This document shows, piece by piece, positions 8,077-15,478 of a stretch of DNA of 21,054 nt. The stretch's first letter is position 1; every line of letters begins with the position of its first letter. A program made the translations under genes and the position numbers. Source of the stretch: Bacteroidales bacterium. GTDB taxonomy: Bacteria; Bacteroidota; Bacteroidia; Bacteroidales; Bacteroidaceae. The notes beneath the pieces are model-generated. The model was given only the letters and a program-made list of their open reading frames with translations. It made no database searches and had not been told where the DNA came from. The stretch is from assembly GCA_030531335.1 (NCBI GenBank), contig JAUNNV010000029.1:1-21054 (forward strand), written 5' to 3'.

Positions 8077-9277
8077 GTTTGAAGAAATATTTCGCTGCTG
8101 TGTCGAAAATGCCATACGCACGACGCTGTTCTTCGTTGTATATGCCTTTTTCCTCAACACCTTGCTTGGTGACGTTGATGATGTCGCGACCCATAAAGTA
8201 GATATCGCGTCGTTCCAACTCATTTTTCGCAACCAGATTTTGCGCCACCAGTTTGTCTAATTGACGTGCCGCTCGGACAAGTGCTTCGGGCGAAATACCT
8301 GTGCCGTAGAGCACGCTGCCCTCTTCCGTCAGCTCTACCGGGACGGCGCATTTCAGGGATTCAATCGAATCCACGTAGTTGTTGTAACTGTCGCGCACCA
8401 TATTCACATCGGCACATGACGATTTCGTCTCTATCGGTTGGAATTTCGACAACAGAAATTCTTGATGTTGCTTGAACACGCCGACCTCCTCGGCGGATTC
8501 CACCTTGCCTGAAGGACATATCTGATGGAGCTTCCGATACGCTTTCCGGATATCCATCAACTTGGCTTTCATGACAGCCAACGCCTCTTGTTGACCATGG
8601 CAAGGATTGCGGGCCAATGCCACCCGACAAGTAAGGTCAAGATCGTGATCGAATACTATCTCGTATTCCCGTCCTTTCTGAGTGTCTTTCAACACATCCA
8701 CCACCATGATGTTGCGAATGCGCAACGTCACATCGGATGCCTCCGGATTCACCTTGAACCGTTGTGTCAAAATTTTCTGACTTAACTTCGGCAATGTCTG
8801 AGGCGAGTCTGTCGCACTTGTCGGCAGATAGGTAGCAGGACAGGCAATGGTGAGCGAGGCGGAGTTCGGTTCCACCCAGGCATTGATAAGGTGATGGCGG
8901 CGTTTCTTCCGATACGACTTATACACCGATTCTCTTAGGTAATATTTCGAATTAGGCTCTACCAGCACCTTATATTGCAATTTCTCGGCATGAAGCCGAC
9001 GTTTGCCAAGAAACGGATGGGTAAACACATCGTTGTAGGATACGTCCTGACGGAAAGCCATGAAATCGCGATTGCCAGACAACGTGAGAACCAACTCGTC
9101 GGCAGCCTCTTCGAAAGCAAGCGTCAGGTCAAGCTCCAAGCCTTTGTCGTCGAAGGCAATCTGTATTTTCTCCTGATAAGGCGTGTCGGCATCCACACGC
9201 ACGTTTTTGGTCTCTTGAGCCTGTGCCAGGGCAGCACAGCAGGCCATGAAAAGGCAGAAGAATTTAGTCTTGGTCAT
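8057..9277 (-). CDS. Secreted hypothetical protein (406 aa) with N-terminal signal peptide
   Basis: ATG at 9277; MTKTKFFCLFMACCAALAQAQ-ETKN is a signal peptide. A long ORF with mixed composition and several Cys. It overlaps the E2 gene end by 14 nt. No recognisable catalytic motif. Confidence 0.65.
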   Translation of the reverse strand: MTKTKFFCLFMACCAALAQAQETKNVRVDADTPYQEKIQIAFDDKGLELDLTLAFEEAADELVLTLSGNRDFMAFRQDVSYNDVFTHPFLGKRRLHAEKLQYKVLVEPNSKYYLRESVYKSYRKKRRHHLINAWVEPNSASLTIACPATYLPTSATDSPQTLPKLSQKILTQRFKVNPEASDVTLRIRNIMVVDVLKDTQKGREYEIVFDHDLDLTCRVALARNPCHGQQEALAVMKAKLMDIRKAYRKLHQICPSGKVESAEEVGVFKQHQEFLLSKFQPIETKSSCADVNMVRDSYNNYVDSIESLKCAVPVELTEEGSVLYGTGISPEALVRAARQLDKLVAQNLVAKNELERRDIYFMGRDIINVTKQGVEEKGIYNEEQRRAYGIFDTAAKYFFKHVSEFE

Positions 9278-9860
9278 AATATATCCAATTGTTTGGTTCT
9301 CCTTGTGTCCGAACCCAATAGGCTACTTTCAAATCCTCTGGGTAAGGAGGTTCGGGCAGTGCATGGTAGATTTCGTAGCGCAGATACAGTGCGATGCGTT
9401 CCACAGCCCATGCCAAACTGCTGTGTGTGTTGGGCATGTTCACACACACACGTCCTGCCAGGCTACCATGATACCCTATGTTGGGATGCCAAGGCAACGT
9501 GTCGCCCACAAAACGGAAGCAAGGCATAGCATCTACCTGAGGATAACGTTCGGGAAGTTTTATCTCCATCCGAAACTCATGGGCGAAAATAGGACTGCCA
9601 TCCACATTCACCCCACAGATACATTTTATAAAATAGTCTATCGAGTAGGCCGTAGGGATTCCTTCAGGGGTGGCATCGACCACTTGCATGGCGATGTCGT
9701 TGCGTTGTTTCACAAAGGCGGCAAGCTGCTCCCACTCGTAAAACAGTCGGTGTGCGCGTCCTCGAAGAGGCTTGTTCTGAAACCAGCTTGTCCCGGGCGA
9801 AGTCAAGGAAAGGGGTTTACCCTGGGAATGGATCGGGGATGAGGAAAATTGTGTCGCCAT
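9264..9860 (-). CDS. Ubiquitin-conjugating enzyme (E2/UBC-fold) homologue
   Basis: The UBC core motif is ...FRMEIKLPERYPQVDAMPCFRFVGDTLPWHPNIGYHGSLAGRVCVNM... (YP.xP, HPNI, G...C). It can be laid alongside UbcH5 ...[34 protein letters not shown]. An N-terminal RLFYEWEQL helix is present and LPEPPYPEDL lies downstream. The ATG at 9860 overlaps the Ubl gene end by 44 nt; an alternative TTG start lies at 9806. Confidence 0.8.
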   Translation of the reverse strand: MATQFSSSPIHSQGKPLSLTSPGTSWFQNKPLRGRAHRLFYEWEQLAAFVKQRNDIAMQVVDATPEGIPTAYSIDYFIKCICGVNVDGSPIFAHEFRMEIKLPERYPQVDAMPCFRFVGDTLPWHPNIGYHGSLAGRVCVNMPNTHSSLAWAVERIALYLRYEIYHALPEPPYPEDLKVAYWVRTQGEPNNWIYYDQD

Positions 9861-10140
9861 TGTTCACATTATAGTCGGCAAGCGTCTGTTCGGTTTTCCC
9901 AATGCGCGGCCGCATCACGCGAATCTCGTGCACGACCTCGTCTTCTTTCCCAAAGAAATAATCGAGGGGTGCTCCTGTGCTGTCGATGGAGGGAAAGTCG
10001 AATATCAGTCGGCCATCTTGTCCGGTTGAATGTTTCAGGTTGTTCATCAATGCGCCCAATGGGAGTTGCGGATTGATGACGCGGAACTTCACCTTTTTGT
10101 CCTTATAGACAATGTTAATGAAAAAATCGTCTTGGTGCAT
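9817..10140 (-). CDS. Ubiquitin-like (beta-grasp) protein ending in a C-terminal Gly
   Basis: The C-terminal 22 residues TLADYNVNNGDTIFLIPDPFPG match ubiquitin 55-76 [22 protein letters not shown] position by position (T,L,D,Y,N,I/V,T,I/L,L,I/V, terminal G). The stop codon follows the Gly directly. RLIF and a KVKFRVI beta-hairpin lie upstream. The ATG at 10140 is 23 nt after the tssF stop. Confidence 0.75.
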   Translation of the reverse strand: MHQDDFFINIVYKDKKVKFRVINPQLPLGALMNNLKHSTGQDGRLIFDFPSIDSTGAPLDYFFGKEDEVVHEIRVMRPRIGKTEQTLADYNVNNGDTIFLIPDPFPG

Positions 10141-10163
10141 GTTTCGTCAATGATGGTTGATGG

Positions 10164-11927
10164 TTATTTGCTACGCGAATCTAAGTCAATCTTCACTTGG
10201 ATGGGGCAGATGCCCGTAGTACGCACCTCCATGAGCCTTTGTAGGTGATTTTCGATACTGGCAAAATGTTTTCCCAACGCACGTTTCACATACATGTTGT
10301 CGTGGAGCACGATACCTACCACGATGCAATAAGCATGATAGCTACCTCGTGTAAGCACCTGCTTGTGCGTACGTATGGAGGCTATCATTTCCTGCTCTAC
10401 ATTGAACCGTGTGGCCAATTCCTGATAACAAAACAACTTTAGATCTGTTTCGGTGACAAGCCGGTCGTCGGTGGCTATGAAGTAGCGTGTAGCCGTCCTC
10501 ATGGCTTCCTCGGACAACAATTCGTCGTATCCTGGTTGAGGAATCGTCACTTGATGGGATTTGGACTGGTCGAAACCTGGGGGTACCACAAACACGGCAT
10601 CGGAGGTGAGCACACTGTTCACTACAGCTCCGTTAGTGGTCAGATAGCCGACATTGAGTGAAGTGTTTTCTGGGCTTTGTCGAAGGGTGTCGCCCCAACT
10701 ATCCTTCGAGCGTTCGTGAGGAATGCCGGCAAACATCAGATAGACACCCTCGTGCGAGGTTCGCAAATGTGGATGCGTGTGTTGCGACAACTCCTTCAGG
10801 TTGTTGCGCAGGTTGTGCATCACCATGTCGGTATATTCGTTGCCCATGGCCTGAAACGCATAATAGTCGGATGTGTATTTGTCGATGAGGCCCGACAACA
10901 ACCTGTGCAGCCTCCCCTCGTTGAACCTGTCGGCACCTATGCGCCGCACCTGTAGCCGGACATTGCCTAATAGTTGGTCCTCGTCGGGACGTAGCAGATG
11001 AAGAAACTGCCCATTGTTCTTGTCATCGATACGCTGTATAGGCGCATCGGCCGAGAGGGTGGCTGTTTTCACTTCGGCGTTCACTATCAAGGCGATGTTG
11101 ACAAGCAAATCGCTCTCTTTGAAAGAAAAGTTGTCGTCGATGCCGTCGAACTCGAAGGTGAGTTCCATGCGATCAATGGCATCGATATCGTCCATTTCAT
11201 CTACGACATACAGCAATAGGTTTTGTCGGGCATACAAATCCAGGGCGCAGAAGTTGCGATAGGCAGCCATGCCTTGGAACACGTTGCCCGAACGTACGGC
11301 TTGCGACTGATTGTAGAGCAACGTATCAAGCGAGAAACAGTCGGCACACGGCAGATTCGCAAAGTCCCACGGTGCGATGAGGGGTATTTCCCTATCGCTC
11401 ATGCTTACACGCAGGCCATGGAAATCCTGGTTCTTCAAGGCAAACGCAAGGCCTTTTAGGCTTTTCACCTTGTGTGGAAAGAACATATTGACTTGCCATC
11501 TCCTTCCATCCACGCGCCTCAGCCCATCCATCTCCACCTGTATGGCTTTGGTCTTGAGCAAGGGGATGAAGTTGAAGTTGTTGTTGTCGGTTCCTTTTAA
11601 GATGAATCTCATGGACGAATCGACATCCATTTCCGTCACATTGGGCATCAGAGCCAATTGCACGACGGCTGTGGCTGGAATGGCCTTGACTGGTTCGTTC
11701 ACGCAAAGCATGTTCTGGAACTCGTCGAGCAGCTCCGTCCGCAATGCCTCCAACTCGTTGTCCGACTCGTTGAATTGATAGGCCAGTGCCGTAATCAGGA
11801 ACTTGAACAGCGGATCCGAATCCAGTCCCTCAAGACTGTCGCTTCTGTTGTTGCGGTGCCAAATATCCACACATTGGGCCATCAGCTCCTTGGCGCGTTG
11901 TCTTATTTCAAATATGTTCTGTCTCAT
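10164..11927 (-). CDS. tssF: TssF-like baseplate protein (phage gp6 / baseplate-J family)
   Basis: 587 aa, directly after the gp25-like gene. The N-terminal block DPLFKFLITALAYQFNESDNELEALRTELLDEFQNMLCVNEPVKAIPATAVVQL resembles the TssF signature DP.VERLLEGFAFL...L.DEFPE...LL..L.P...P.PS..IVQF. The size and gene order (tssE-tssF) fit. Confidence 0.75.
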   Translation of the reverse strand: MRQNIFEIRQRAKELMAQCVDIWHRNNRSDSLEGLDSDPLFKFLITALAYQFNESDNELEALRTELLDEFQNMLCVNEPVKAIPATAVVQLALMPNVTEMDVDSSMRFILKGTDNNNFNFIPLLKTKAIQVEMDGLRRVDGRRWQVNMFFPHKVKSLKGLAFALKNQDFHGLRVSMSDREIPLIAPWDFANLPCADCFSLDTLLYNQSQAVRSGNVFQGMAAYRNFCALDLYARQNLLLYVVDEMDDIDAIDRMELTFEFDGIDDNFSFKESDLLVNIALIVNAEVKTATLSADAPIQRIDDKNNGQFLHLLRPDEDQLLGNVRLQVRRIGADRFNEGRLHRLLSGLIDKYTSDYYAFQAMGNEYTDMVMHNLRNNLKELSQHTHPHLRTSHEGVYLMFAGIPHERSKDSWGDTLRQSPENTSLNVGYLTTNGAVVNSVLTSDAVFVVPPGFDQSKSHQVTIPQPGYDELLSEEAMRTATRYFIATDDRLVTETDLKLFCYQELATRFNVEQEMIASIRTHKQVLTRGSYHAYCIVVGIVLHDNMYVKRALGKHFASIENHLQRLMEVRTTGICPIQVKIDLDSRSK

Positions 11928-11943
11928 CGTTATGCACCCTTCA

Positions 11944-12387
11944 TTAGTTCCATACGTTTATGATGTTGCTGTACTGAAAAGGCTCGTTTGTATCGCCCAA
12001 CAGGCCGGTTATTTCCACCAATACTTGCCGTTGGTCGCGGCGGTAGTTCATTACTACCTTTGGTGAGAGCAACCGAGGCTCATACACCTCGATGCTATGC
12101 TTCAGGTCGGAGGCGAATGTCTGTAGGTTCTTCGAGGAGCCGGAAACTTTCTTCTTGTATATTGGATTCCGGCTGTCACGAGAATCGAACACCGTCCCCT
12201 CGTTCTCGTCGAAAATCTCAAATCTCAACGTGGAGAACACAAAGCCATAATCCGGATCGATGGGCAAAGAGCCCAACGGTGTGTCCATCAGGAGCTGTAG
12301 CGAATCCCTGACCGATTGCTCCAACCCGTTCGACTGATGGAGGAACCTGCCCGACACTACCTGTAAAGGACTTTGCAAGTATTTCAT
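11944..12387 (-). CDS. tssE: TssE / gp25-like baseplate wedge protein (GPW_gp25 family)
   Basis: 147 aa. SVRDSLQLLMDTPLGSLPIDPDYGF and IEVYEPRLLSPKV match the gp25/TssE motifs (..NL..LL.T..G.....P.fG / I..fEPRL). The ATG at 12387 overlaps the upstream stop in an ATGA. Confidence 0.85.
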   Translation of the reverse strand: MKYLQSPLQVVSGRFLHQSNGLEQSVRDSLQLLMDTPLGSLPIDPDYGFVFSTLRFEIFDENEGTVFDSRDSRNPIYKKKVSGSSKNLQTFASDLKHSIEVYEPRLLSPKVVMNYRRDQRQVLVEITGLLGDTNEPFQYSNIINVWN

Positions 12388-13589
12388 ATCAATGGTGTGA
12401 AAACATCTTCCGGCTGATGTTCCTCCTTGGCCACGAGACCAGACAGCGCATTGAACAATGCAGGGTAAAGTTCCTGATATAGCCTATCGTGCAATGCTTC
12501 GTACAGCACTTCTTTCAGCTTCGGACGAAGTCGATCGTCCACGTATGCCTGCAGTTTTTCCGTGATTGTCGCGGTCAGTTCAGGCATCACCACGTCGCGA
12601 AGTTCCATGCGGATTTTTTCGTCTATTTGCTGCTTCAATTGTTCAAGAAGTTGTGTGTACAACTCTCTCTTCAGCGCCTCCACATCGATGTGGCGACTTT
12701 CCGTCACCACATCGTCCATGGACAGTAGCAAGGCGTTCATGAATTCTTTGAGCCACGACAGGTAGGCTCGGATATGGTTTGTGTGAGGCACGCGGCGAGG
12801 GTCGGCGGCCAGCTCGCGCGTGGGTTCTTGTCCTGAGCCCTGCCGAAGGACTTGTTGGCCTCCCAATCCCAATCGGATGTGGTAATCCAAGGCTTGATCC
12901 GTTTCGCGCAACAGTCGCACAAGCTCCACTACCGACTCCTTGCCGGTGAGGCTCTGTAGCCGGAAACACAGATGTAACAAGGTGCGTTTGCCGTCACCAT
13001 CCTCCATGTTGCGGTGGGTAGCCAGCTTCGTGAGTAGTTCCACATACATGCTTACGAACTCTCCGAAAGCCTTGTGCGAGGCTGTCGAGATCATGGGAGG
13101 CACATACGAGGCATCCACATTGAGCAGGTCGCCCTCTACGTAAAGCCTCTTCAGCGGCAGTACGTCCAAACTTTCGTCGGCACGTTCCAACTCGTCCAGC
13201 GAATGCAGCGAGAGCTCGTAAACGGGAGCCTTGTAGGGTATGCCATCGCGTTCGAAACAATGTGTTTTCCCATTGGCAGGGCCGACGCACACAAAACATT
13301 CCGGCAACGGTTGCGACACGATGGTCAGCGTGAGGTCGTCATCTACGCTGAGCACGGCCCCCGATGGCAACAATGCCGTAAGCCTCAGATTGTTCATCTC
13401 GAAGGTGTTGCCCACAAAAGCGCCCTCAACGTGTAGTGGGTACATGGGGAGAATGCCCATGCCGACACTCCCTATGGCGGCGCGGAGCAACAGTTGCTGA
13501 CGGTTGTCGAAGTCGTGTTGCTGATGGACGAAGACCCCAGAGGTGAGCTCCATCCCTGGTTGCCAATGTATATTTGCGTTGTAATACAT
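12384..13589 (-). CDS. tssK: TssK-like baseplate protein (N-terminal shoulder domain) with C-terminal coiled-coil region
   Basis: The N-terminus NIHWQPGMELTSGVFVHQQHDF...LLRAAIGSVGMGIL resembles the TssK start (W.EGM.L.PQHFQQ.D...LAR.G...WG). 401 aa, 4-nt ATGA overlap with tssE. The C-terminal half is helical/coiled-coil, so this is an atypical TssK and only moderately confident. Confidence 0.55.
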   Translation of the reverse strand: MYYNANIHWQPGMELTSGVFVHQQHDFDNRQQLLLRAAIGSVGMGILPMYPLHVEGAFVGNTFEMNNLRLTALLPSGAVLSVDDDLTLTIVSQPLPECFVCVGPANGKTHCFERDGIPYKAPVYELSLHSLDELERADESLDVLPLKRLYVEGDLLNVDASYVPPMISTASHKAFGEFVSMYVELLTKLATHRNMEDGDGKRTLLHLCFRLQSLTGKESVVELVRLLRETDQALDYHIRLGLGGQQVLRQGSGQEPTRELAADPRRVPHTNHIRAYLSWLKEFMNALLLSMDDVVTESRHIDVEALKRELYTQLLEQLKQQIDEKIRMELRDVVMPELTATITEKLQAYVDDRLRPKLKEVLYEALHDRLYQELYPALFNALSGLVAKEEHQPEDVFTPLI

Positions 13590-13631
13590 GCCTTTATGTC
13601 ATTTTATGATGGATTTTGGTTTCGCGACTCA

Positions 13632-14432
13632 TCATTCATAGTCCTTAATTACGATATTGTAGTTCATGATTTTCCCTTCCTCCGACTTGCCCTTGGCTCC
13701 TGCCTCAAACAGGCAGTCGAAAGGAATGAACCGGCTGTGCACAAATGCAAGCATACGTTCCCATCGTTTGGTAAGGTCGGCGTATGCGGTGGCTGTCAGA
13801 CCATCCACACAAATGTCGTAATGCACTTTTTGCATCCAAAAGCGTGTGTTGTCGCATTCGTTGTACGCCGACAAACGCATCCGCACCGGATAACCCGTGA
13901 CAACGCTCAGCAATGATTTTACAAACGACAAGTTGCCACGGAGTTTGGCCACGTATGGCAGCAACACCGCCACCTTGCGCACATACTCGTCCGTTTCCGC
14001 CTCCAAGTCGAACTTGTAGGATGTTTTTAACACGAATTCGAGCTTGCGGGCCAGCAAGTCGGCCACGATGTGTTCCCGCTTCAGCTTCTGCCTGAACATG
14101 AACGAGTCGATGGGTAGGAAAGTTTCTGACAGTGTCCTTATCCGCTCATGCAACTGTTGGGCAAGCTGTTTGAAATCGCCTTTTCGTTTCCTTCCGAAAC
14201 GGTCGGATGCCTTCAGCTCATCCTCCGATCCTAAAAACAAGGGAGGCAGATAGTGTAGGAAGCCGTTGCGCGAAAGCGATACGATTGCTTCCTTCGGATT
14301 GATGGACAACACATCCGGCGCATAGTTCCTGCTGAAGGAACCTTTCTGATAGGCCAGCCACTTGTCTTCCAGCTCTGGATACAAATAGTTGAGCAACAGT
14401 TCCGCACTTATCTCGTGCCTGTCGGTTGTCAT
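13632..14432 (-). CDS. Hypothetical cytoplasmic protein (266 aa), translationally coupled downstream of E1
   Basis: The ATG at 14432 overlaps the E1 stop (ctATGAcaa). There is no signal peptide or TM segment and no motif I can name. It lies 42 nt upstream of the tssK-like gene. Confidence 0.6.
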   Translation of the reverse strand: MTTDRHEISAELLLNYLYPELEDKWLAYQKGSFSRNYAPDVLSINPKEAIVSLSRNGFLHYLPPLFLGSEDELKASDRFGRKRKGDFKQLAQQLHERIRTLSETFLPIDSFMFRQKLKREHIVADLLARKLEFVLKTSYKFDLEAETDEYVRKVAVLLPYVAKLRGNLSFVKSLLSVVTGYPVRMRLSAYNECDNTRFWMQKVHYDICVDGLTATAYADLTKRWERMLAFVHSRFIPFDCLFEAGAKGKSEEGKIMNYNIVIKDYE

Positions 14433-15478
14433 AGTTCCACGTACCTATATCCTGTTGGGGTCTTTATTCTCACAATGTCGTGTGCTGGAATGCCCAACGC
14501 AGCCAATGGCAGCGTGGGGTAGGGGAACGAGGTGTCTATCTCCGCATATTCGTGTTGGCATAGTTTCGCCATCGGTATGGTCGAAAGTCGTGGATGTTGC
14601 TTCACGAAGCCAGCCATTCGGCGTGCCGGCAGCATTGCTTCCGTCTGTTCGCCCGTCTCTCGATTCTCTACATAATCCACAAAGGCATCGTTGAGCACCA
14701 CAGTGCCAATCCGCAGGAGTGATTTCAGCGAGTGTTCCCTGACTACTTCAATAGGCTCCCATTGCTCGTGCAGCACGCAATCGTCATCCCACGCCTCGAA
14801 CACGGCTTTCCGCACACTCAGGTTTTCGCCATCGTAGTAGCACATGTTTCGTTCCACTGGCACGCCTGCAATCACTTTCAATGCTTCGGCTGCTTGCCAG
14901 GCTCCTATCACGCTGGCCGCCACTGATGTGGTAGGGGCATGGCCAGCCGCTTCCATTTGCCGTATCACGCCCGAACAAGGCATCCGTCGGCGCAACTCGT
15001 CCAGTCCTTCCGTCCCGAGGCCACAAGCGTAGCAGTTCACGCCGGGCACAAACACCCGCATCGTCCCCTCCATGCCGATGATGCCACCGTCAATCCATGT
15101 CTTTCCTGCCCTCGTACAGAGGCGCTGGATGCAATAGCGGGTCCACCGGCTATCGACGCATCCCATCACCACGTTCATCTGCCGTATCAATGCCAATCCC
15201 ACATCGTATGCCACATCGCCATGGATGGCCTGCACATCGACGGTGGCGTTGATGCCTCTCAGCGCGTCCTTCACCACATCCACTTTGCGCCGACCCACAT
15301 CGACTGGCCTGAACAGGATGCTTCGTGTGAGGTTGCCCTGTTCCACCACATCGAAATCGACCACCACCAGATGCCCCACTCCAAGCAGTACGAGGTTTTT
15401 GAGCACCTCGTTGCCCAGGGCCCCACATCCCACCACCATGATGCGGGCATCGCGCAGCTTGTCTTCTTCGATGTTCAT
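14429..15478 (-). CDS. E1-like ThiF/MoeB-family adenylyltransferase (ubiquitin-activating-enzyme-like)
   Basis: The ORF 14429..15778 is trimmed to MNIEEDKLRDARIMVVGCGALGNEVLKNLVLLGVGHLVVVDFDVVEQGNLTR (Rossmann GxGxxG plus an acidic D..D motif typical of E1/ThiF). Downstream are CYAC (CxxC) and MPCSGV (candidate catalytic Cys in a PxCT-like context). The 100 codons upstream of this Met are Gly/Arg/His/Cys-rich junk. The ATG at 15478 overlaps the upstream stop (ggATGAac). Confidence 0.8.
   Translation of the reverse strand: MNIEEDKLRDARIMVVGCGALGNEVLKNLVLLGVGHLVVVDFDVVEQGNLTRSILFRPVDVGRRKVDVVKDALRGINATVDVQAIHGDVAYDVGLALIRQMNVVMGCVDSRWTRYCIQRLCTRAGKTWIDGGIIGMEGTMRVFVPGVNCYACGLGTEGLDELRRRMPCSGVIRQMEAAGHAPTTSVAASVIGAWQAAEALKVIAGVPVERNMCYYDGENLSVRKAVFEAWDDDCVLHEQWEPIEVVREHSLKSLLRIGTVVLNDAFVDYVENRETGEQTEAMLPARRMAGFVKQHPRLSTIPMAKLCQHEYAEIDTSFPYPTLPLAALGIPAHDIVRIKTPTGYRYVEL

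Noticed and set aside
9264-10140. Possibility that the 107-aa and 198-aa ORFs are a frameshifted tssG, given their position after tssF, combined size of about 305 aa and 44-nt overlap
   Set aside because: Each ORF independently shows a strong, specific signature: a ubiquitin C-terminal strand ending in Gly, and a UBC HPN...C core. This is very unlikely for fragments of a TssG.
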